A stretch of DNA of 28,116 nucleotides from a virus (IMGVR_UViG_3300021560_001198:1-28116); one strand, 5' to 3'. Counted from the first letter of the stretch, positions 8,806 to 16,382 are shown. Translations and numbers: made by a program. Notes: a model not told the origin generated them from the letters alone.

Positions 8806-10169
8806 CAGCCTAGTCCCCCGGCTCGGAGTTGCTCGGGTAGGGGTCGATCGGATAGTGAGGTGAGACGCTTGGCGGCGAGCCCGAAGAACGATTCATCTCT
8901 CTCAATTCCGTGGGCACGGCACTTGTGCGCGTGTGCGGCGGCGAAGATCGACCCGCTCCCGCAGAAAGGATCGAGGATCGTGTCTCCTGGGCGGATACTA
9001 CGCAGCAGAAGGTCCGAAATGAGATCCACTGGTTTCTGCGCTTGATGGCCAAGGTTAGGATCGGATGGGATTGTGATGACATCGGAGTAGAGCCTCGTTA
9101 CGGGACGGTCGCCTTTGATGGCGAAGAGGATGGCCTGCCAGCGGCGGAAGGGGCCGTGCTCAGGCCAGGGGGCTCGGATCCCTCCAGGGTTGTGCCAGAT
9201 GAGAGGGGTGCGAAAGCAACGCCAGCCAGCCTCAGCCATGCAGCTTCGAAGTTCGGCGAATCGGTCGATGTCGCAGAAGCAATAGAGGTGAGCTTGTGCT
9301 TTCGCAAGGCGGAATGAATGGAGTGAGAGAGCCCGAGCGAGCTGAGCCCACGTCTCGTAGGAATCGTCGTAACTATGACCACCTGCTGTCTTCCCCGCCG
9401 AGTCGCCGAAAGAGTCCGCACTAATCCCATACGGCGGGTCTGTACAAATAACGTCGAAAGTTTCCGCTGGCAACTCAGGCATAATTTGCAAGCAGTCGCC
9501 CTTCTGCAGAGTGTGCATTTCCGCCGAGAAGGTTGTGCCGAGGGCGGCCCCGAGGGCGGCATGCCGGCTGGCCTCCTCATGTCGCTTGAGGAGCTTGAAG
9601 GCTTCTTTTCTGGAAGTTGCATTCTTTATAACCTCCGCGGTGGTGGGGTTGGAGAGGGCCCTGCCGAGGAGGATGTCCTGGCGGACGTAGTCTTGGTTGC
9701 AGCCCTCGCTCGACCCGGAGACTTCCTCCGCGATCTGCGCTGTTGTTGGAGGACTTTCTCCAGCCGCGGCTGCTTGTCGGGCACGAAGGTTTGCAAGTCG
9801 TGAAACAGCGTCCGCCCGCTCTTTCCAAGAGAGGTCCTCGCGACGAATATTTTCCTCAAGTTCAATTTCCTCTGCGTCCACAGGGTCAATGTCCCCGAGG
9901 AATAGACAGGGACAATGGCCTTCTGGAATGATCTTATCACCACAGGTAACCTCCTGCCCGAGGAACCACAGGTGTTCCAGGGCTTTCATTCGGCGTTCGC
10001 CGGCGACTAAGGTGTATTCATCATCTGCCCACCTCACCACGATCGGGTGGATCAGGCCGTTTTGTGCGATGCTGCCGGCGAGTTCGAGGATCTTCGACTG
10101 ATCCAGGTCTCGCCGCTGGCGATTCGTCTTGATTATAATGTCGTCGGCAGGTACGATGTGAAGCTGCAT
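8805..10169 (-). CDS. ParB-domain / N4-C or N6-A DNA methyltransferase fusion
   Basis: ParB N-domain (GLIHPIVVR, LVAGERRMKA, EENIRREDLS) plus an HTH-like segment; MTase motifs TDPPYG, HQAQKP, ILDPFCGSGS (beta-class order). Start moved to the ATG at 10169 after a GGAGG RBS. Confidence 0.9.
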   Translation of the reverse strand: MQLHIVPADDIIIKTNRQRRDLDQSKILELAGSIAQNGLIHPIVVRWADDEYTLVAGERRMKALEHLWFLGQEVTCGDKIIPEGHCPCLFLGDIDPVDAEEIELEENIRREDLSWKERADAVSRLANLRARQAAAAGESPPTTAQIAEEVSGSSEGCNQDYVRQDILLGRALSNPTTAEVIKNATSRKEAFKLLKRHEEASRHAALGAALGTTFSAEMHTLQKGDCLQIMPELPAETFDVICTDPPYGISADSFGDSAGKTAGGHSYDDSYETWAQLARALSLHSFRLAKAQAHLYCFCDIDRFAELRSCMAEAGWRCFRTPLIWHNPGGIRAPWPEHGPFRRWQAILFAIKGDRPVTRLYSDVITIPSDPNLGHQAQKPVDLISDLLLRSIRPGDTILDPFCGSGSIFAAAHAHKCRAHGIERDESFFGLAAKRLTSLSDRPLPEQLRAGGLG

Positions 10170-10182
10170 GAGTCCCCTCCAG

Positions 10183-10210
10183 AAAGCGAGAGGGGGCGAA
10201 GGCCCCCCTC
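10183..10210 (-). terminator. GC-rich hairpin, possible weak intrinsic terminator
   Basis: Minus strand GAGGGGGGC-CTTC-GCCCCCTC followed by TCGCTTTC; the U-tract is imperfect. Confidence 0.45.
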
Positions 10211-10220
10211 CCAAGGTTGG

Positions 10221-10466
10221 TTATTCGTCGTCGTCCTCTTCCTCTTCCTCGTCTTCCTCTTCCTCTTCTTCCTCCTCGTCCTCATCATCCTCCTCCGAGA
10301 GCCGATCTTCATTCGACTCCTCGATGGCGTTGATGAGACTCTCCAGCGACTCCTCAATGGTCTGGAGGTTGGCGCCGGCGGCGAGCTCTTCCAGGGCATC
10401 GTGGGCGAACTGGATCCTGCCCAAGAGGTTGTTATGCTCCACGGTCCAGTTCAGGGTGGCCTTCAT
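10221..10466 (-). CDS. 81-aa highly acidic protein with 24-residue D/E tail
   Basis: MKATLNWTVEH...EEDDEDEEEEEEEEDEEEEEDDDE; TAAGGT just upstream of the ATG at 10466; an alternative start at 10502 is possible. Confidence 0.7.
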   Translation of the reverse strand: MKATLNWTVEHNNLLGRIQFAHDALEELAAGANLQTIEESLESLINAIEESNEDRLSEEDDEDEEEEEEEEDEEEEEDDDE

Positions 10467-10470
10467 GACC

Positions 10471-10944
10471 TTACCCAAGTCGAGCAATGGAAGCGATTTC
10501 ATCGAAGATCTCCCCCTGATAAGGACGGTTGCCGATGGAGCAGAGGACCTGCCGGCCCCCCACTCCGAGGAGGGAGAAGGACTCCCCATCCTTATTCATC
10601 CCAACGGCTTCGCGGAGGATGCGAAGTCCGTTGTTCTTGCCGGGGGAGAGGTCGATGCCGCCGGACGGCGAAACGTCGAGGCGGAACGAATAGCGGAGCT
10701 GGACATGGTCCTGCCCCACCAGCGTCCGCACCGGCGGATTCCCCGTCAGATCGACCTCAATCGGAATGTCCACCCAGGTGTATACGACCCCCTGGTTGGA
10801 CTCTTTCTTCCCTTCTGTCTGTCGGGTAGAGGGAGTGCCGAGGGTTCCGGGGAGGTTGGTTCCGGCTGGGATGGGCTGGCGGCGTGTGTTGGCGGAGGTC
10901 AGGACGGCTCCGAGGAACTGGTTTGGATCGAATGCAGATGTCAT
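10471..10944 (-). CDS. Putative ssDNA-binding protein
   Basis: 157 aa, beta-rich pattern, starts FDPNQFL...PIPAG; directly follows the AAA ATPase as in phage Sak4-SSB modules; AAGGA RBS. Confidence 0.5.
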   Translation of the reverse strand: MTSAFDPNQFLGAVLTSANTRRQPIPAGTNLPGTLGTPSTRQTEGKKESNQGVVYTWVDIPIEVDLTGNPPVRTLVGQDHVQLRYSFRLDVSPSGGIDLSPGKNNGLRILREAVGMNKDGESFSLLGVGGRQVLCSIGNRPYQGEIFDEIASIARLG

Positions 10945-10985
10945 GGTAGGTGTATCCTTATTGGGATTGTGGGGATGTGGGGAGG

Positions 10986-11840
10986 TTATACCTTAACGGT
11001 CGGCGAGAAACGGCCTCCCCTGCCTTTCCATTTCTCGACGATTTTGCTGAAATCTTGCGGGATGTCCTCAGCGAAAGGGAGATTGCGGGTCTTCAGATCG
11101 CAGAGCCCATTCGCCGTGCTCCACTTCCACCCCTTGGCGTCGCGGGTGCAGAGGATCACGTCCGAGAACATCGGCGGGATTTTGGGCGGAAGCGCGCGGC
11201 CCAACGTGCTGACTGTAATTTTTGTGCCGCCGAACGCTGGGTCGGTCTCCCTCTCAACATGGGCGATGAGAACGAAATGGCACTTGCAGCCGTCGCAGAT
11301 GTAGCGAATAAGGCGCTCGAGGCTGTCTTGGGCAATGCCCCAGTCGGGCTGGCTCTTAACAGGTTTCTTTCCCACCACCATCGCCATAGCGAAGGCTCCC
11401 AACCCCGTGAGGCCGTCAATGACAAGGGCTCTGTTTGGCCCCCAACTATCTGCAGCACCGAAATCGGTTCCGGTTCGCTGGTCGTGGAAGTTGTGGAGGA
11501 CGCGGAGGATTTTCTCGAACTGGTTGTTCTGGGAGCGGGTGAAGTCCTGGATCTTCGTGATGGATTCATAGGTCATGCTGCCGATCTGTTGGGCACCGTC
11601 CGCCATGGAGGCGAAGCCGCCGGGTACTGCGACCTGGAGGGTGTGCCAGTGGAGGTTATCCGGGACGGGCTTGCCGCGGTCGAGGTAGTAGCCCATGAGG
11701 GTTTCGAACCCATTCTCCAAGCCGAGGTAGAATACCTCTACCCCGGAGTCACAGAGGGTTCCGATGGAGAAGGTTTTTCCTGTTCCGGTTGCACCTTCGA
11801 GGAGGACGTTGACGCCGGCGAGGAGGCTGATGTCAGACAT
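10986..11840 (-). CDS. AAA ATPase (AAA_24/Sak4-like recombination protein)
   Basis: Walker A GATGTGKT; Walker B ALVIDGLT; FVLIAHVERE; FSDVI; LKTRN. Confidence 0.8.
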   Translation of the reverse strand: MSDISLLAGVNVLLEGATGTGKTFSIGTLCDSGVEVFYLGLENGFETLMGYYLDRGKPVPDNLHWHTLQVAVPGGFASMADGAQQIGSMTYESITKIQDFTRSQNNQFEKILRVLHNFHDQRTGTDFGAADSWGPNRALVIDGLTGLGAFAMAMVVGKKPVKSQPDWGIAQDSLERLIRYICDGCKCHFVLIAHVERETDPAFGGTKITVSTLGRALPPKIPPMFSDVILCTRDAKGWKWSTANGLCDLKTRNLPFAEDIPQDFSKIVEKWKGRGGRFSPTVKV

Positions 11841-12172
11841 GGTTGATAATCTCTCTCTATTGCTGCGATGTGGAGGAGGAGTTCACGGAGCTTCAGGCTG
11901 GGGGGAAGGGAGTCGAGAAGGTCGAAGTCGACAGTCTGGGTGGAGCGGTCGTCGAGCAGGCTGCCCGGGACGATCGTCGGCGAGCAGGGGAAGGTGCAGC
12001 GCTCGCAGGCCTGCCCCTCGATGGAGAAGGGAGGAGAGCCGATGATCGCCCAGAGTTCGAGGCAATGCGGGCACACCTTCGCTACGGACGAGGGTCTCCA
12101 CCCCCGGGAGTCGAGGTCCGGGCGTGAGAGGTTCCAGTACTCCACGCCGTGGAGCGAAATCGAGAACTGCAT
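11738..12172 (-). CDS. Zn-finger hypothetical protein
   Basis: CPHC...CERC; fills the gap between nuclease and ATPase; its tail overlaps the ATPase by 103 nt. Confidence 0.6.
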   Translation of the reverse strand: MQFSISLHGVEYWNLSRPDLDSRGWRPSSVAKVCPHCLELWAIIGSPPFSIEGQACERCTFPCSPTIVPGSLLDDRSTQTVDFDLLDSLPPSLKLRELLLHIAAIERDYQPCLTSASSPASTSSSKVQPEQEKPSPSEPSVTPG

Positions 12173-12188
12173 AGTCCCCCCGGACTGT

Positions 12189-13103
12189 TCAGCTCAGGTC
12201 TGTTTCTGTTCTAGTAACCGGATCCCACTTGCGCCGGCGGAAGTACATCTCCAGCCACGGCTGTTCATTCTGGGACTTGCAGACGGTGCGGAATCCGCAC
12301 CCTCCGTACTCATTACAGGCGTGGTCGAGGTTGTACCGCCACCGACCGGTCTTAAAGCAGATCACCATATCTTCCAGCCAAGAGAGCATCTCCCCGTACC
12401 ACCGCTCGATCTCCCAGGGGGCGAAGTTACAGATCGCTTCTTGAGTGTCGAACTTGGTCTTGAGGATGGAGACGCCGCGGACTAGGAAGCCGGCGATGTT
12501 CAGCCCCATCTCCCGGAAGCCCCAGGTGTAGCAGAGGAACTGCGAGCGCATGTCCCACTGGCGAGACCAGGTCGGGCCGAGCGATTTGGTGGTCTTGTCG
12601 TCCTCTCCGTACTCGGCGCCGGCGTACTGTACGATCATGTCTCCCCGCCCTACCATGAGGAGAGGCTGCCGGGTCTCGGGGTGGAGGATGGGGAGAGGGT
12701 TGGCGAAGGAGACCTCGATGGCGCGCTTACCGCCGGGCATGAGGATGGGGAAGCCGGTCTGGTGATTGAGAGGGTAGTGGTCCATGTAGAATTCGTATGC
12801 GCCAGCCACGCGCTCTAGAGACTTGGGGTTGTCCGGCGGACAAACGAAATCTCCGTAGGAGCGGATTAGCTCACCCAGCCCCTCCGCCTCGGCGACGTGC
12901 GCCGGCAACCCCTCTTCGAAGAAAAGACGGCGAGCCTTCTCGAAGCCGGCGGCAACGGCCTTGCCGGCATGCAGGTCGACTTTCTCTTCCTTCGCCTTCC
13001 ACTGGTCGATGTAGATCTTCTTGAACAATTGTGGACAGCTCTTAAACGCGGCTAGCATCGAGCTATCAATCGCCTCGGGGAAGGTTGGAGTCCACTCTTT
13101 CAT
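12189..13103 (-). CDS. PD-(D/E)XK exonuclease, Cas4/AddB-like with probable 4Fe-4S cluster
   Basis: DSSMLAAFKSCPQ; GRGDMIV...EDDKTT; QFLCY; C-terminal ACNEYGGCGFRTVC, giving one N-terminal plus three C-terminal Cys. Confidence 0.85.
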   Translation of the reverse strand: MKEWTPTFPEAIDSSMLAAFKSCPQLFKKIYIDQWKAKEEKVDLHAGKAVAAGFEKARRLFFEEGLPAHVAEAEGLGELIRSYGDFVCPPDNPKSLERVAGAYEFYMDHYPLNHQTGFPILMPGGKRAIEVSFANPLPILHPETRQPLLMVGRGDMIVQYAGAEYGEDDKTTKSLGPTWSRQWDMRSQFLCYTWGFREMGLNIAGFLVRGVSILKTKFDTQEAICNFAPWEIERWYGEMLSWLEDMVICFKTGRWRYNLDHACNEYGGCGFRTVCKSQNEQPWLEMYFRRRKWDPVTRTETDLS

Positions 13104-13276
13104 TCTGTTGCCTCTTTCTCGTTATTCCACTCTTCCGGCTCCATTCGCTCGCCGAAGAAGTGATTGCTACAGAGCGAGGTAGCGATGATTGCACCGCTCG
13201 GGGCTCGGATCCCTACCGAAGGAGAGCCCTCGCAAATGGCGCAGCCGACCTGATAGATCGCCACGTACTGGTCCAT
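13100..13276 (-). CDS. 58-aa CxxC/CxxH Zn-binding protein (not in ORF track)
   Basis: MDQYVAIYQVGCAICEGSPSVGIRAPSGAIIATSLCSNHFFGERMEPEEWNNEKEATE; ATGA-coupled to the nuclease. Confidence 0.65.
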   Translation of the reverse strand: MDQYVAIYQVGCAICEGSPSVGIRAPSGAIIATSLCSNHFFGERMEPEEWNNEKEATE

Positions 13277-13285
13277 GGCGGGGGC

Positions 13286-13501
13286 TCAGGATTTCTTGGC
13301 GAGGCCGCGGAGGCTGTCCTTGAGCGCCCCCACATCCACTACTTTGGAGGCCTTCTTGGCGGCGCTCGCGGACTGAGCACCAGTTCGATGCGCCCGCATC
13401 GCTATCATGGCTTCTTTCAGCTCATCCGGGGTGAGCGTGCCGGCGGCCATCTTAGCCCGCCAGAGGGCCATCTTCTGTACGAGTTCAGCTTGGGGGATCA
13501 T
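13286..13501 (-). CDS. 71-aa basic helical protein with shared C-terminal motif
   Basis: Ends KASKVVDVGALKDSLRGLAKKS; GAAGGA RBS. Confidence 0.7.
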   Translation of the reverse strand: MIPQAELVQKMALWRAKMAAGTLTPDELKEAMIAMRAHRTGAQSASAAKKASKVVDVGALKDSLRGLAKKS

Positions 13502-13685
13502 TCTTTCTTCCTTCTATCTCGTCCCGATACTTTCGGAGGAGGGAGAGGATCAGGCGCTGGTAGGATCCGAGGGGGACGCGAAGTTCCGCGTCCGACCAGA
13601 GGTGGATGTCGAGCCACGCTCGAATGTCCTCCGGCAGGCAAAGGTTGAGCTTGGTGCTGCGGATGATGTTGGCAGGGCGAGGCAC
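13485..13685 (-). CDS. Putative ribbon-helix-helix-like DNA-binding protein
   Basis: MPRP...TKLNLCLPEDIRAWLD has an alternating beta strand followed by a helix, typical of RHH N-termini. Confidence 0.5.
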   Translation of the reverse strand: MPRPANIIRSTKLNLCLPEDIRAWLDIHLWSDAELRVPLGSYQRLILSLLRKYRDEIEGRKNDPPS

Positions 13686-13853
13686 CTATCGCTTCCTCCC
13701 GTTCCAGTTCCAGGTATTCCAGTTCTCTTGCCAGTTCCGGGTGTCGGGCCGGGGGCGATCCCAGATGATGCGTTCGGATTTCACCCACGCCCAGTGGCGA
13801 CGGATGGCCCTCGCTCGGAAGTATCTATGCAGATTGTCGATCACGCTTAGCAC
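13686..13853 (-). CDS. 55-aa Trp/Arg-rich peptide
   Basis: GTG start 6 nt after AGGAGG; ...RNWQENWNTWNWNGRKR; abuts the next gene. Confidence 0.45.
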   Translation of the reverse strand: MLSVIDNLHRYFRARAIRRHWAWVKSERIIWDRPRPDTRNWQENWNTWNWNGRKR

Positions 13854-14139
13854 GCTCTTCCTCCTCTCGGATTTTGGAGTCGACCCAGCTTCGGAGCTGG
13901 TCGAGTGGGATGTCTTTCTGGACGCGGGTGAAGAACCAACGGAAGCGCATGCCGTCGAACCGATCGTCGGTAAGGAGCTGGCGAATACGGTGCTGCTTGG
14001 CGAGGTGGGCGGCATGCTCGTCTGCCGCCGACTCGGCGGCGCGCCGCGTGCGGGCTCGTTTCTTGGCGGAGGTTTCGATATCCGCCCGGTGCTTGGCACG
14101 GGCAAGGATGTCGAGCAGGCGGTCGGCGTTACTTTTCAT
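13825..14139 (-). CDS. 104-aa basic hypothetical protein
   Basis: First ORF after the promoter at 14149-14177; charged helical composition. Confidence 0.65.
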   Translation of the reverse strand: MKSNADRLLDILARAKHRADIETSAKKRARTRRAAESAADEHAAHLAKQHRIRQLLTDDRFDGMRFRWFFTRVQKDIPLDQLRSWVDSKIREEEERAKRDRQSA

Positions 14140-14169
14140 GCGCCGGTTATTGTCGCATTAATGGGCGCC
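14139..14169. promoter_or_regulatory. 31-bp palindromic site, copy 2, overlapping promoter -10/+1
   Basis: TGCGCC-GG-TTAT-TGTCGCA-TTAA-TG-GGCGCC (2 deviations from the consensus). Confidence 0.6.
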
Positions 14170-14189
14170 AAAATCAACCAAGACCTCTC
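14149..14189 (-). promoter_or_regulatory. sigma70-type promoter with upstream GAGAGGTCTTGG box
   Basis: TTGATT-N17-GACAAT with extended TG. Confidence 0.65.
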
Positions 14190-14364
14190 AAGACCTCGGC
14201 GGCGGAATCACGGTCCAAAAGCGTGCCCGCAGCCACTCCGCCACTCTCTCTTCAGTCTCGCCTTCAGGAGCGACGTGCGAGCGGAGATAACGAATCTCCG
14301 CCTGGAGACGGTCGATAGTGGCGTCTCGCTCGGCGAGCAGCATCTTCAAGGGATCGTCGGACAT
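14188..14364 (-). CDS. 58-aa coiled-coil hypothetical protein (not in ORF track)
   Basis: MSDDPLKMLLAERDATIDRLQAEIRYLRSHV...; GGAGGT RBS. Confidence 0.65.
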   Translation of the reverse strand: MSDDPLKMLLAERDATIDRLQAEIRYLRSHVAPEGETEERVAEWLRARFWTVIPPPRS

Positions 14365-14381
14365 GATAGGATACCTCCACT

Positions 14382-14409
14382 AAAAGAGAGGCCCCCGCAA
14401 GGGGGGCCT
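14382..14409 (-). terminator. Intrinsic terminator
   Basis: Minus strand AGGCCCCC-CTTGC-GGGGGCCT followed by CTCTTTT. Confidence 0.7.
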
Positions 14410-14454
14410 TCTTCGCCGCCGGGACTCAATCGGCGACTCGGCCTGGGCGTAGGC

Positions 14455-14622
14455 CTATTTGTGCGGCCCGCCGGGATGCTGGGGCTGCGGAACCCGCGGC
14501 TCAGGCATCGGGACGGGAAGGCGGGGAGCGCCGTTTCGCATGATTATGATGATGGGAGCGGGGGCGGTGCTCGCCACACCCAGGATGACTGTGGCAGCTA
14601 GGATCAGGTAGAGGGTGCGCAT
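14455..14622 (-). CDS. 55-aa exported/membrane Pro-rich peptide (not in ORF track)
   Basis: MRTLYLILAATVILGVASTAPAPIIIIMRNGAPRLPVPMPEPRVPQPQHPGGPHK; AAGGAGG RBS; signal-peptide-like N-terminus. Confidence 0.7.
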   Translation of the reverse strand: MRTLYLILAATVILGVASTAPAPIIIIMRNGAPRLPVPMPEPRVPQPQHPGGPHK

Positions 14623-14643
14623 TTCAGTCCTCCTTCAGAATGA

Positions 14644-14781
14644 GTGCCGGGAACAAGTTGACAGGGGTCGTTTCAGCCTATTGAAGTAACCCTGTCATTC
14701 ACCACGGCCAGAGAGTTGAGGGAGGCATACCTGCTTAGCCTTCCCCCTTCCAACATCTCCCCCGGCACGACTGGGGGAGAG
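14644..14781 (-). ncRNA. Candidate structured cis-regulatory RNA
   Basis: Nested inverted repeats: GTGCCGGG/CCCGGCAC, TGACAGGG/CCCTGTCA, GGGAGGC/GCCTTCCC, TCTCCCCC/GGGGGAGA. Confidence 0.4.
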
Positions 14782-14799
14782 GGCAGGCGGAGATTCCGA

Positions 14800-15429
14800 T
14801 CAGGCGGCGAGCCCGCGGAGGCTCGCTTTCAGTGCCCCGGTATCGACGGACGACTTGGAAGCCTTTGCCGCCTCGATAGCATCGACGAGGGGCTTGATTT
14901 CCGGGTCGTTCCGAAGCTGCCGCTTCTGCTCGGGCGTCCAGTCTTTGATGTGATCCTTCACCTCGGCGGCGGTGCGCCCGGTGAACTGCATCAGGGCCTG
15001 GAGGAGCACGCTCGTGCCGGCCATGCCGCCGCCGACGCGAGCCTTCGTCCACTCGCCTCCGGTCAGCCGCTCGTGCAGCCGATCGGTGGTTGCGGCCCAG
15101 TCATCCAGGTCCGGCGCGTCCTCGCCGGCAAGCTCGTCCCCGTACTTCTGCTTCGCCCCGTGGCCGGCGTAGTGGAGGCCGAGCGCAGGGTTCAGCGGGT
15201 AGGTGCGGGAGGTGCCGTTGCGGAAGTCCAGCCTGACGCTGATGTCCGCCAGCGTTGCGCTGGCAACTTCATCCGAGGAGAGGTCCTCGATCGGCTTGCC
15301 CTTGACGAGGACATCTTTGTAGAACCGGGCCTTGCCGACGAACTCGACTTCCCGACCGTCTTCCATCGAAACCTTCTCGACCTGCCGGACCGGCGCGGCC
15401 TTGGGAGTCGGTGTTGCTACTTCGTTCAT
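14800..15429 (-). CDS. 209-aa hypothetical protein, paralog A
   Basis: AGGAG RBS before the ATG at 15429; has its own promoter; C-terminal LRNDPEIKPLVDAIEAA...VDTGALKASLRGLAA. Confidence 0.8.
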   Translation of the reverse strand: MNEVATPTPKAAPVRQVEKVSMEDGREVEFVGKARFYKDVLVKGKPIEDLSSDEVASATLADISVRLDFRNGTSRTYPLNPALGLHYAGHGAKQKYGDELAGEDAPDLDDWAATTDRLHERLTGGEWTKARVGGGMAGTSVLLQALMQFTGRTAAEVKDHIKDWTPEQKRQLRNDPEIKPLVDAIEAAKASKSSVDTGALKASLRGLAA

Positions 15430-15514
15430 CTTCTTAATCTCCTGCTGATTGTGGCGGGCCCTTTGTGGTAAGGGGGCAGCCCGCCGAAATCCCCCGCAAT
15501 TCGATTTCAGCCAC

Positions 15515-15555
15515 ACGATATCATGCGCCCGGAATGCGGTCAACAAAGACCTCTC
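15515..15555 (-). promoter_or_regulatory. sigma70-type promoter with upstream GAGAGGTCTTTG box
   Basis: TTGACC-N17-TATCGT with extended TG. Confidence 0.65.
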
Positions 15556-15563
15556 AAGTCTTC

Positions 15564-15740
15564 CTACCCGCCGGCGGGCGGCTCTGCCGGCGGCTCCTCT
15601 TCGTTCAGGCTGGCCAACTGGTCCTCGATGCGGTCGGCAAAGCGCTGTGGGGAGGGCTCCCACCCAACCGGACGGAGGGTGAACTGGCTGAGTAGCTGGC
15701 CCGACTCATCATGAATCGTAATCCTAACCCTAATCGTCAT
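15564..15740 (-). CDS. 58-aa hypothetical protein
   Basis: AAGGAG RBS before the ATG at 15740; MTIRVRITIHDESGQLLSQFTL... Confidence 0.6.
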   Translation of the reverse strand: MTIRVRITIHDESGQLLSQFTLRPVGWEPSPQRFADRIEDQLASLNEEEPPAEPPAGG

Positions 15741-15852
15741 CGTCGTCTCCTTCTCCGTAGCAGTCGGACTCGAAGTCTTCATTGAATCCTCGGTCGGAGG
15801 ATTCGTCGTCGTCGTCGCTGGGTGAGGCCCAGGTCCAATCGGGGTCGGTCAC
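15730..15852 (-). CDS. 40-aa very acidic micropeptide (not in ORF track)
   Basis: MTDPDWTWASPSDDDDESSDRGFNEDFESDCYGEGDDDDD; GTGA overlap with the upstream stop; GGGGAG RBS. Confidence 0.55.
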   Translation of the reverse strand: MTDPDWTWASPSDDDDESSDRGFNEDFESDCYGEGDDDDD

Positions 15853-16382
15853 TTCTCTCCCCTGAGTGCTTCGCGGGCGATAGCTTTCATATAGGCGTCT
15901 ATGGCCAAGCCGCCACCCGGTATCGGCATGCCGGCGATCTTCTCCAGCGCCGCGCGCAGGCGGCGCAACTGCTCGGCAGCTTGCCTGCTGATGTTGTCGC
16001 GATTCTCTCGGGCCTCCTCCACCTCAGCGCGCAAGCGGTCGATTTCGGCATTCTTGCGGACCATATCTAGCTCGTAAGCCTCCTTGTATGTCACGCAATT
16101 CTGCAGGTCGGCATATCCATTCTCATGGATGAATTTATCTTTCCGCGCGATCTCCTCCGCCTGCGCCATGCACTTGTCCTCGGTCTTGTGCAGCAGTTCG
16201 TATGCTCCAGCAAGCTCCTCAGCCTGCACCTTATTCGAGTGCAGGGCGGGGCCGAGAAGGACGAGGGCGTCGGCGGCGGATAGCAGGCTTTCGCGCCAGT
16301 TAGGCGCGAGGTGCGGCAGCCCTGATAGTTCGCGCAGCCGCTGCACCAGCTCGGGGATGTCAATTTGGCTGTACGAAGACAT
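15849..16382 (-). CDS. Coiled-coil early protein
   Basis: AAGGAG RBS before MSSYSQ; heptads such as AEIDRLRAEVEE and LRRLRAALEKIA...IAREAL. Confidence 0.65.
   Translation of the reverse strand: MSSYSQIDIPELVQRLRELSGLPHLAPNWRESLLSAADALVLLGPALHSNKVQAEELAGAYELLHKTEDKCMAQAEEIARKDKFIHENGYADLQNCVTYKEAYELDMVRKNAEIDRLRAEVEEARENRDNISRQAAEQLRRLRAALEKIAGMPIPGGGLAIDAYMKAIAREALRGEK

Noticed and set aside
10168-11304. 378-aa + strand ORF with poly-Ser
   Set aside because: Antisense shadow of the acidic, SSB-like and ATPase genes; the poly-Ser mirrors the D/E codons.
12189-13103. Cas4 / CRISPR association
   Set aside because: No repeat-spacer array or other cas genes; the context (ATPase, SSB-like) indicates a stand-alone phage recombination nuclease.
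14658-14690. + strand promoter from TTGACA at ~14659
   Set aside because: No credible -10 at 16-18 bp; the hexamer is better explained as one arm of the TGACAGGG/CCCTGTCA stem.
14644-14781. Hammerhead ribozyme or tRNA
   Set aside because: No CUGAnGA core positioned with GAAA at the junction, and no TpsiC/cloverleaf pattern found by eye.
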